From assembly GCA_009103225.1 (NCBI GenBank), contig RHPI01003369.1:565500-629499 (forward strand): 64,000 bases of DNA, in the 5' to 3' direction. Within the stretch, counting starts at the first letter, position 1; the number at the start of each line of letters is the position of its first letter. A program made the translations under genes and the position numbers. Below are positions 49,451 to 60,599 of this stretch, piece after piece. Origin of the DNA: Chlorokybus atmophyticus (lineage: Eukaryota; Plantae; Mesostigma and Chlorokybus algae). The notes under the pieces were generated by a model. It saw only the letters and a program-made list of their open reading frames with translations. It had not been told where the DNA came from and did no database searches.

Positions 49451-50376
49451 GCACTATACAACTAGTCAGTCAGTAGGGTGAAAGCGAGGTGCTAGGTGCG
49501 GACTTGATGGAGCAGCATGAGCAAGTTGTATCAGCGAATGGCAAGAACAACAACCGCAGTATATAAAGATCTAAGACACTAGTCGACATGGCAACAATGC
49601 TTTTCACACGTTTAACTTGTTCAATATTTACACGCATCAACTCTTCAAACATACATACCTCAAGCCGACCACCACCGGGCACAACTACTTACTCTACGCC
49701 AACTAACCAACTACCCCACCCTGTTAGTCATGCATGCATGCATGCAGACCGAGGTACCTGCACCACGGCCGCTGGTTAGCGCTCAGTCCCTGCAGGGATG
49801 CCAGCAACAGCAGACCCAACGGACTGCCCCTCCTTCTCCGCCCACATCCCCGCCACCTCCCGCTCATCCACCATCATGCAGTCGATTGCGGTTTTAGGGT
49901 TTGAGTCAATACGCATGCATGTACGGCAGGTACGGATACTCCTGCGTGTTGTGGCTCCATGTGCTGGGCCCCTCAGCTACACACGCGCCACTTGCAATGA
50001 AACGCCCAAGCACAGCGCCTCACTTGCCAAGCAGCGCCACACGGGAGACGTAGCCAACAGGGGCCTGCATGCATAGGCAATGGATTGCTTGTGCGCTATA
50101 GCGAGCACATGACGCGACGGAAAGGGTGACTACCGTCATTATTGCTTGCGGATTGGCTTGCACTGCGGCCTGCCCCTAGGACTACCTTGTTCAACATTGC
50201 AGTATCTTTGGCGTCACGCTTGCATGCTAGTGCACGAAGTTTTTGATACGAGTGGTCAATGCAATCCGTGTTGGCTTGTGATTGGTTGCTGCGTGTAGCG
50301 CGATGGCTCTCCCTCCCTCCCTCCCTTCCTCGGCAGCACTCTCGCTCCGTCCCACTCATGTCCCCCCCTACTTGGC

Positions 50377-50572
50377 NNNNNNNNNNNNNNNNNNNNNNNN
50401 NNNNNNNNNNNNNNNNNNNNNNNNNNNNNNNNNNNNNNNNNNNNNNNNNNNNNNNNNNNNNNNNNNNNNNNNNNNNNNNNNNNNNNNNNNNNNNNNNNNN
50501 NNNNNNNNNNNNNNNNNNNNNNNNNNNNNNNNNNNNNNNNNNNNNNNNNNNNNNNNNNNNNNNNNNNNNNNN
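50377..50572. other. Assembly gap (196 N) followed by a poly-C run
   Basis: Direct observation. Confidence 1.
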
Positions 50573-50832
50573 CCCCCCCCCCCCCCCCCTGCGCACGTAC
50601 TCTTCGCCTCTGGCTCTCCTGGGCCTGTTGCCTTGCTCGCTGGAGATGCCTGTGTTAGCGGCAAATGTGAAGGGTGCCCGCATAGTGTTTGCCAACGAGT
50701 GAGGAGGACATAGTTCTGTTTGCATTGCACCACCATTTGTGCAAGTTCGCAACTTGCATTTGCTGCTCTTTGAAGCATGCACTTGCATGGGATGGCACGG
50801 CTTGGACACGACACAATATCCCTGAAAGCACT

Positions 50833-52588
50833 CTAGTATACATCGCGCACAACATCTGTTAGAGGCTGCAGCAGCGTAACCTCCTTGCCACTACCGCCAG
50901 GCCTCAAAACCCAATCCCGCTTCTTCCGGTACTCGCCAATGACTTGCTCCCGCAACCGCTGCATGCTCATCGCCTTCAAACGACTTTCCTCCGACCATGC
51001 TTCCGGGGCAGTTGACTGTGACACCAATACCAACGCAAGGTGAAACCCATGCACATTCATACATCGATCATTGACTGTTCCAACCCTGAAGTCCATTTAC
51101 CTTTGGCAAGCGCGGCCGTTTGTCAATCTTTGGCGGCTGCTGTACAATCTCTCCAAACTTGACGTGGTCTTTTACAACATCCTCAAACTCGTCTTCTGAC
51201 CTTTGCTTCCTTTTCCTTTTTTTTTTCTGCTCTAAGAATCTGCAAAACCTCATACTCAGCCAGCATGAACCAGAAGCAAGTAACCCATTGTTACTGTTCG
51301 CGCTAGCTTCACCACATGGTGGCCATACTAAACCTCACACTGCGCGCGTGCAATTGTCTATAGGCATGCCACTGAACCCCTGTTTGCTTGCTTGTGACCC
51401 TAACACAAAGTAGTAGGAACAACACCATGCAAGAACATACCATGATGAGCAACAATCGTGACCAACTTGCATGCCTATGGACTACTTCAAAACCTCATGC
51501 AAGCCGTCATCGTGTACCTTTTCTTTCTCTCGGGTAGCTTGTGCTCTGACATGGACACGTTCTTCAGTTGGGTTGCTTTCAAGTCAAGTGCTCCTGTTAC
51601 CTCCCGGCACCTCTTCTTGCTGTCCTTGCCAGATGCATCGACATCCCTTCTTTCACTCAATGTGGCATCGTTGAGCTTGGAGGACTTGGCCTCTGTGCAA
51701 GTCAGCTGTGGCCTCAATGGAAGAAGGATCAACATTGTCACATCAACGCATTGCTGTTTCTTCAGCAGTGCCATGTAGCTCCAACAACGAGATATAGATT
51801 GAGCATTGACCACAATATGTGGTAGGCGCCAACTGACATGCGCAGTCCATGTGAAATGGTTATGTGATACTTGTCCTGTGCTGTTGTTAAGTGTAGCAAC
51901 CCAGTTGCGCATTGCATAATAGCGTGCAGTACAGTGCGCATGATACGCTATGGGAGGCCTGCGCAGCTCAACTACCACTATGTGTGCGTGTGTGCGCATG
52001 GAGGCACATACTCACACACTCTGTGCCTGTGCATGTGTGTTTGTCACAACAGGCGATTTGTCAACCAGGCAACGCCGCTCCATTCATCATACCATGAGTG
52101 CGTTCACAACCCTGAGCCTTGCCATATGTCTGCACACGCAATACCCAACAACTGCCACTAGTTGTGAAAACGGGTGCACGTCGTATAATCCTGGCCATGC
52201 AAGTGATGTTGATGGTCTCATTGCAGGATGATACATGCGGGTGGTGATGGTCTAGAGGTTTAAACATTACGTCATAGTGCAGCTGCTGCTGTGTTATTGT
52301 CACGCGCCAGCCGCACCTGATCGCTGTATGAGCTGCTGCAGGCGGCGGAGCTTCAACGGAAGCGCCTTCTCGTCTTTACTTGACGGCGGCGGAGGCAAAG
52401 CACTGCCGATAAGATACTGTCAGCCTTTGCGTGTGTTACAAGATATAGCAACAGCAAGCGGCAAGCACAAGGTCTGCGCGTGCCGCCGCATGAGCTTGCC
52501 TGCTCCTGTCGCTGAAGCCCGCTTTCGCTGCCGTCGCCTCCCGCGCGTTGGCCTCCCGCCTCCTCCTCCCCTTGCCCCTTGAAACCAT
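50833..52588 (-). CDS. CCDC137-like basic coiled-coil protein (multi-exon)
   Basis: Lys/Arg-rich exons: MVSRGKGRRRREANAREA..., ALPPPPSSKDEKALPLKLRRLQQL, KKKRKRKQRSEDEFEDVVKDHVKFGEIVQQPPKI, SMQRLREQVIGEYRKKRDW. The D-x-V-K-F-G-E-x-V-x-x-P-P plus R-x-x-x-I-x-x-Y-R pattern is typical of CCDC137 (from memory). Exon boundaries are only partly resolved. Confidence 0.6.
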
Positions 52589-53384
52589 CCGCTGCCTCCA
52601 GCACCACCACCACCACCACCACCTCCGCCGCCGCCGCCGTAGTCCGGTCAATTACGCTTGTACTATGCTGGCTTGGACTGTGCGCAAGTGCAGTGTAATT
52701 GAGCACTGCCAGTGCCGCTGCCGTATTTTGGCTTCTGACACACAGAGCGAAGCTTTGAGATATGGAGAGCTCACACCTAGCTGCGGAGCTTTGCATGTTG
52801 GCGCGGCGTTAGGAGACTTACCTAGACAGTGAATTGTGATAGCTTGCTGTTGGTCGCGTCAGCAATGACGTCAGCAGCAGAAGTACACGCTCTCAGAGAA
52901 CGTTACAGCTAGTGTCTTGTAGAGCTGGTACCACCTGATCCTTATGGAACTTAACAGAAGTTTGTTTGAGCTGATCACATTGCCACATCAGGTAGGTGAC
53001 TTGGGTCTTGGTGTTAAAAGGGCCCTATCACACCGCCCGCGAAGCCTGCAAGGCCGGGCGAACATGCCTAGACTTTAAGCGTAAAAAGTTTGGAACATGG
53101 CTTGCATAGGCAGGTTGAAAAGTGAGAAGGGACTATTTGCTGCAGGCAAGTTGCTTTGTGCCTCAATATGTGTCTGTAGACTTCCTCCGTTACAAAGCGA
53201 CGTCGTCATGTTGTCCATGGCACCGTCGCTGCCCGAATCAAACCGCAGGTTGCATGCGTTCGTGTTGCCTGGGAAACACACTGCATGGGTAAATAGTCAG
53301 CCAAGCCTACCGTGCGCAGCGTTGCAGTGAGTTGCTAGCAGGCCTGCGGTTGTCACTATCAACATTATTTTGGGTGGCGGCAGC

Positions 53385-56300
53385 ATGGCTGTACCTCTCA
53401 CATCCCCACCAGCAGCTCTGCTCCTGGTGCTGGTCCTGTCTGCTGCTGCTGCCGGGACTATGCGTGTGTGCGCCCACAACAACGCCCCCGTCAAGGAGTT
53501 CGACTGGGAGGTGACGTGGCAGTTCATCGCCCCCGACTGCTTCGAGAAACAAGCCGTGGCTGTCAACGGACTAGCGCCGGTCGGTCCAACCATTGAAGTC
53601 AATCAGGTAGGTGGCATGTCAGCTACAGGTTACGAGACGCTTTTTCCAAGAGAATTACAATCACTGACTGCGTGACTCTGAGTCTCGCTTTTCTGCTCAC
53701 TCACACACTCACACTCTGTCACTCTCACTGTCTCTTACGAAACCACTCACTCTTTTTCAGTGAGTGAGTACACTGTGTCTGTGAGCGAGTGAGTGAGTGA
53801 GTGAGTGAGTGCGTGTGTGTCAGTTTCCCGCATACGCACTTCAGCACCACCATCAACACCATACCCAATGCAGGGTGACTTGGTCCTCGTCAACGTCGTC
53901 AACCACCTTTGGCAAGAAGGCGTTTCCTTTCACTTCATGGGCATCCACAACAGGGGCACACCCTGGCACGACGGCGTCCCCGGCGTCACACAGGTACACA
54001 TGATAACAACTTACCTGTCACTCACCAACACCTACTCACCAACAAACTCCTCCTTGTGCAGTGTTCCATCAGGCCCGGTGAGCGTTTCCAATACAAGTTC
54101 TACGCGGACAATGCGGGCACCTACTGGTGGCACTCGCACTACGCCATGCAGCGCGGGGAGGCAGCCTACGGGTTTGTCATTGTTCACCCGATGAAGCCGG
54201 AACCCTTTACGTATGATGCTGAGCTTAGACTTATGGTGAGAGTTGGTGTCATGTCATGCACGTGGCGCATGGTGTGCTTGTTGTTTTGGTTGACGATGAT
54301 GCGTGGTTCTCCAGTTTGGAGACTACTATCATGCCAGTAGCAATTATCAGGAGCTCGGGCTGCAGCAGAAGCTGCCCGCACTCTTTCGCTGGGTAAGCGT
54401 GTTGCGCTAGGCGTGTGTTTGTGTATGCGTGCGTGCACGCATGTGTGCGTTTGTGGGTGGGTGCGTGCCCGCGTGCCTGCTGTGTGCAAGCGCGTGCACG
54501 TGTTGGCACGCATGTGTATACGCACGTGCCCATGCCTGTGCGTGTGTGTATGCGTATGAGCATGCACGCATGCAAGTGTGTGCGCATGTGTGCGTTTGCA
54601 TGTGCGCGTCATCACACTGACTCTTGTCAGCCAACCAGCACGCTTCGCTTGCACTATACGCTGGCTTTGTCCTAGTGCCACTCTTGACCACACATGTGCA
54701 CGACAGGTTGGCGACAGCCAGGCCATTCTGTTCAACGGCCAAGGTGTCTTCTCGCCCTGCACGCTGGGCTACCCCAACGCAACCATCCCATTCGCCCTCA
54801 CGGTTGAGCCCGGCAAGACATACCGCTTGCGCCTGGTGTGTGTGTGTGTGTGTGTGTGTTGCTTGTGGCTGCTACTGTTGTGATAAAGGATGATTTTGTT
54901 TTTGTGCAGGTCAACACGGGCTCGCTGCAGTATCAGAACATCAAGTTTGCTGGGCACAAAGTGACCATAGTCGAAGCAGGCAAGTGGCAGCAGTAGTAGT
55001 CATGGTTGGGGTGGGGTGTGTGGCGGCACGCATGCTACACAAACAAAACACATGCACATACATAAATGCACCAACGCGAGCGCACCCACACATGCAGGCA
55101 GGCTCATGCATGCGCACGCATGGCCGCCTTCATGTAAACTACTGTAGTTATTACATCACTCACCCTGGCGTAGCTAATCTGGTAACATCATCGTTGACAG
55201 ACGGTACGTACACGACACCTGTGGAGGTGGACAGCGTGGAGATGAACCACGGCCAGCGCTACTCCGTCCTCCTCACGGCCAACCAGCCCGCAGACAACTA
55301 CTGGATCAGCGTCATGGGACGCTTCCGCCCTGCTGGTAAGCACACACCCAACAACTACACCACCATCACAACAACAACTGATAGTACTCATCATCAGCGC
55401 CTTCGGGATTGGCGGTGTTATCCTACGCGGGCGTGACTCCGGCGGAGCCATCTGCACCCGTGCCGATAGACCAACCTGCCAACGGCGACATCGACTACGC
55501 GCACGCCTTTAACCACGCCATCCGCACACGCAAGGTGGCGCATGAGACATGTTGTTGTTGTGTTGTGACGCATGTTGGCTGATTGCTGTTGGTTGTAATG
55601 TGCAGGGTTACAGGAAGAGAGTGCCCGCGGTTACAAGAAGTCTCATCCTTGTTGGCACTCAGAACCGTCTCACTGACGGTCGCCTCGCCTGGACAATGAA
55701 CAACATAAGCTACCAGTGAGAGAAAGACACACTCTTGCGCAGCATTACATGGCCGAAACGAAACATATCCAGCAACAAGTAACACAACGTACACACAGGT
55801 TGCCTAGTACGCCGCTGCTGGCTTCGGCGTACTATTCTCTTGCTGAGGATCAGCGATCAGATATTACCGATACACCGCCGGTTGCGTATGACTACAGTAA
55901 GACTCTTGCTGAGCAAGGCCTGTCGATCATCACCGCGGAGGGCAACGGCGTGTACCACCTTGAGCGCGACGACGTGAGTGAGATTGTTGCATTGTTGTAG
56001 TTGGCAGGTTGTGATCTAAGGCGATTGCTCAGTCTGTTTGTCAAACTGTGTGCGCTGTTTCATCACAGGTTGTGCAAGTTGTGTTGCAGAACACGCGCTC
56101 GCTCAACGGTGTTTCCGAACAACACCCTTGGTGAGTATGAATGCTGGCACTGCCGTACGACATCGTCCAAGCAACTAAGCATTGGCTCAACTCAAGAAGC
56201 TCCCAACATAACACACAATACCATATGTACCCTTTCACTTGCAGGTACCTTCACGGCCACTCCTTCTGGATTGTTGGAGAGGTACGTGCACACTGCGAAG

Positions 56301-57066
56301 CCCAATACGCACGCATTCCAACAGAAGAACAACACAACCACCAGAGCTTTGTGCAGCAATGCACGCTAACATCACTACTCACTCACTCACTGTGTGTTAC
56401 AGGGTCTTGGCACGTACAACGCGGCCACCGACAACACAACATTCAACCTGAAAGACCCGATCCTCCGCGACACCGTGACACTGCTGCCGTCCTCGAGGGT
56501 GGCTATCAGGTGGCGCGCAGACAACCCTGGCGTCTGGCAACTGCACTGCGTAAGTGTGACACACACACCAACATGGGTTTGATTCAGCCAACAAAACCAA
56601 CCAACAATGCGACCATTGCTGTACATCGATGTACATTGTGCATGTTATTGTACACCCATTTGAGTCAGTCTGTCTTTCCATCCCATGTGTGCAGTACAGT
56701 TTTATCGGTACTGCACGCATACAGAACTGTGGCACTACTACACATACTACGCCATGTCATCCCCACAGGCTGCACTTTGGAGTGTGGTAGGCTCTAGTTG
56801 ATTGTGATGCTACACTGCACCACACACTCACATCTCCCTCCGCTTCCCAGCACATCGACGCCCATCTCTTCCTTGGCATGCGCGTTGCCTTTATCGAGAC
56901 CCCGCAGCACGTCCCGCCTCCCCCGTCAGATTTGCCGCTTTCCTGCGGCAAGATCACCCTCGACTTCCTGCGAGCCAAGACCGGGTACAAGTGTGAACAG
57001 CGTAACAAGTGCAAGGAGTATGCGATGTGCAAGGATGGGGAGTGCAGGTTGTATCGCAGGGGCTAG
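53385..57066 (+). CDS. Secreted three-domain multicopper oxidase, L-ascorbate-oxidase/laccase family, with non-canonical trinuclear-site ligands
   Basis: Signal peptide, then VNG...[117 protein letters not shown]. About 14 exons with GT-AG introns. Confidence 0.92.
53755..53820. repeat. (GAGT)n/(GT) microsatellite in multicopper-oxidase intron 1
   Basis: gtgagcgagtgagtgagtgagtgagtgagtgcgtgtgtgt. Confidence 0.85.
54837..54860. repeat. (GT)n microsatellite at a multicopper-oxidase splice donor
   Basis: CGCCTG|gtgtgtgtgtgtgtgtgtgtgtgtt. Confidence 0.9.
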
Positions 57067-58985
57067 AGGGGATGTGTTGTTTGCGTGTAGGGAATATGGG
57101 TTTCAAGAGGTATGAGGGAGTCTCCCTCCGCAGGGAGTGAGGGCGAGAATGCGCTCTAACACATTCAATGTGCATTGTTGGTGTAGATGTGGTCTTGTTG
57201 TTCAAGTTGGACATTGTACTGTGTTTACTGGTTGTGTTTGTTCACGTTTGAATCATTTGGAAGTAAATAACACTGCTGAGCAGGTTGTCTTTGTAACAAC
57301 CTTGCATGCTAAAAGTAGGGGTGCTTGCATTGTCTTGCTCTGAAGTTGTGTAGCAATGCAGTGCAGGTGTTGAGTCATCTACTACTGTATGTCATTGACC
57401 TTGTTGTAATGTATATGTTTGCACATACATCTGTACTACAGATGTAGTACATACATTGTTGCACGCACTTAGCTTTATCACATAGCTATAGCTTGTGCCC
57501 TCGCCTGTACAGTCTAACCTGGATAACTGCATACCATCGGGAACACCTCTTTCTATGCACTTATCGCGGATATGCACTTACACTGCCTTATACTACCAGT
57601 AGAGTGCATTGGTGTCGGGCAAAACCATGCACTCTACACTTATTGTGGATATGGACTTATCATATATGCAATTATCGAAATTAATGTGTCATCAGGTCCT
57701 TGCCTGCTGCCGATGCTAATGCGCGCGTGCGTTTAAGTGGTCTTTGCATTTCTATTACAGAAAAGCCTATGCAGTGGTTATATCTGTGCAGTGTATGGTG
57801 CAGACCTTGCCCATGCCGTGCTGGATGTGTTGGGTTGGGCACATGTTAAAGGGAATTAACCCTCTCCTTTTAAAACTGCTTTTTGGCGAGTGACTCAAAC
57901 GAGAACATCCCATCTCTTGACAAGGAAGGGTGAGCTGCAGTAAAGCTAATTATAGCTTGACCAGCACCTTGAAGTGCATGCACCTATGTAAGTATGCTGA
58001 CACATATGCAGACTATGTACTATGCATGCACTTATTTCAGCACACACATTGTATCGCAATGTGCATTCTTAGTCACCGATAAAAGCACATTGCGAATTAA
58101 CTAGTTGTTTTGCTAAATCCCGACGGGTACACTAGACACGCACATGACAATGGCATGCAACTCTTGCACATGACTATAGTGACTTAGAGTGTTTGTTTGA
58201 CGCTGTCCATATTGCACGCAAATAGCAATACTTTGGGATGGTCTAAACTTATGTTACAGTTATAACTTATAATAAAGTGGTGTTTATGATTACTACCATT
58301 ACACCTTGTATATACAAGATATGTCCGTAAGACAATACATGTGGCATGTAAATGACCATTTGTTAGCAATATAAGGTGACCATCACCTGACGCAAATATA
58401 ATTACAAAATTAGAAACTCTGCTGCTCAATCAATATGCAATCGCGGTGACGGGCAGCAATGTTAAAAATGCAATGTGCTTACTGTTTTTGCATTTCGCTT
58501 TACCAAAATGGCGGAAGATTTCAACATGGCTATATTACACATGCACCTACAGCAATTGCTGTTGATGCATGACATTTACATCCATTAATACTGCAGCACA
58601 TAGACATAAACATGTGACCATCGTATTTATACATGAATACGGTCGGTGTTAGCACCAATTAATGTGCATCAATAATCTGCACGGACCATGCAATTAATGT
58701 TTTCAAGTTGTGATATCATGTGTTGTTAACATGGGTGGGGGAGGGGGGTCTTTTGCACGGTAGTATGGCTTTTTCAAATCTATGTATTAAGCGGTCCGCT
58801 ATCTTTAAGTCTTCGCCGTACATCCAATAACCATAAGTGTTTTACTTATGTCCAACACGAATTGTAAGGCTTACACTTTATTAAAAGATTGCAAAGCTTT
58901 GAAATGTGTGTGATCATGATAATGTGTACGCTTGCGTGTTTGTACTCTTTGTTAAAATCGGTGATGAAAATGGCATAAACGCCTC

Positions 58986-60096
58986 CACGTGTACGCACAT
59001 TGCAAAACACACCAATACAATGTTGAAGGCGTCTATATGCGCGCATGCATTGCAATTGAGTTTACCATATTTATTATTTAAACAAATTAAAATTAGATCA
59101 AGTCATTTTCTACCTTAATCAAGCATAAGCGACTTGCACGCACAGTGTTGAACATATGTATACTTACTGCCTCGTACATCGACTTGCAAGCACAGCAGGC
59201 TCATCAGCTATTTGTTAGTCAATGGTAGATCCTTTGGTTAAGCATAATTGAAAGACCAATGCAAATTGTGCATAATGCCAATGTGTCAATGCAAAATAGG
59301 TGGTTAAGAGTCACAACTAATAACTAAGCGCCACAGCAGCCCCATGCTGAGCCTATGGAGTAAGCTATACCTAGGTATGGGTATAGGTTTGCACTCTCCT
59401 CGCGCAGAAACATCTCATTGTGCTGCCCCATCATGGGGCCCCCATGCACGACAATTTGTCGTTGACAAATATCTGTGGTTGCTACTGCTCGATGCCTGTG
59501 TTCTGCTGTTGAACTGGCGTGGCATCACGCAACGTGTGACAGCGCAGCAGCGACCGGGCAGCAAACACTGACAGCACAACAGTCGCCAGACGGTACCAGT
59601 CGCCGAGCCTGCGGCCGGGGATATTTGTGAAAGCCCCGCGGCCCGTCTATACGGAGGCATGCAGAAGTTATTTACGATATTTCAAACTTTACCGCTTGGT
59701 TGCTGGCAGTGGAGCCTGTCATGAGCAGCGATCGACGGCTGCTGTGAGTCCAAAGATTGCAGACATAAGTACTCTGTTCAGCAGTCTGACTTTTCTTGGT
59801 CAGCAGCAGAGCGACCTGCCTCGTCGCTGGACCGCTGCTTTGCAGTTGCAGCCAGCAGAAACCGTTACGGTGCTTCCAAACGGTGAACGGCCGCTCGCTT
59901 GCGGTGCGCTGCTGCCCCCGCCGTCAACCGCGCACCAAAGGCACGCGCGGCCGTCGCATGGCGGCAATGACGTTAACGGCCATCAATCACCGAGACACAT
60001 GCATGAAGGCGAGGCTTGAGGCTGTCATCGCACAGCGTTCAATTGCCATATCAGTGCTATCGGACGGCTGCACGGGCCCGAATCAGCCAAAAATCT
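58986..60096 (+). promoter_or_regulatory. Candidate clock cis-elements upstream of PRR: G-box, evening-element core, CCA1-binding site
   Basis: CACGTG 58986-58991, AAATATCT 59467-59474, AAAAATCT 60089-60096. Motif matches only. Confidence 0.4.
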
Positions 60097-60599
60097 AGGC
60101 TTGTCCTCTACAGGTCGACGGATACTTCGACCGCGTTTCCGTGCTGCAGACTCGCCTCAACCTGTAGAGGCTGATTTGTCCACCGCATATCTTTTTCTCG
60201 GCCTCGGCTCTTGTATCAATGCGTTCCTCGCCTCGATTTGAAGTGTCCAAGGTCAGTGGCAGGCGTTGGAAAGCGGCGTCATTGCTGCAGAGGTTGTCCG
60301 GCGGGAGGGGTGCCAGGGGAAGGTTGGGGTGAACCTGGCGTCAGGGGTGTGGAAGGGTGGGCTAGGTTGACCGTCGGGGCCTGCCTGGCGAGGTGGAGCA
60401 GGAGCAGGAGCAGGAGTCGGGGCGGGGGCAGGGGCAGGGGCGGGCGTAGCAGCTGGACAGGGGGCAGGAGCTGGCGGATTAGCTGGTGATGGCTGGGCGA
60501 GCGAGGAGCTAGCTGGCGGCTTGGTGGGTGGCTTGGAGTTTTGGCTGGGGTATGGGGTAGTGCTGGCAGACGGCCTTTGTTGCTTGGGTCGGTGGGTGC

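Noticed and set aside
50096-50814. ORFs spanning the N gap
   Set aside because: Artefacts of translation through N and poly-C.
60105-60170. 10-bp inverted repeat CCTCTACAGG / CCTGTAGAGG upstream of PRR
   Set aside because: Short stem with a long loop; within chance expectation.
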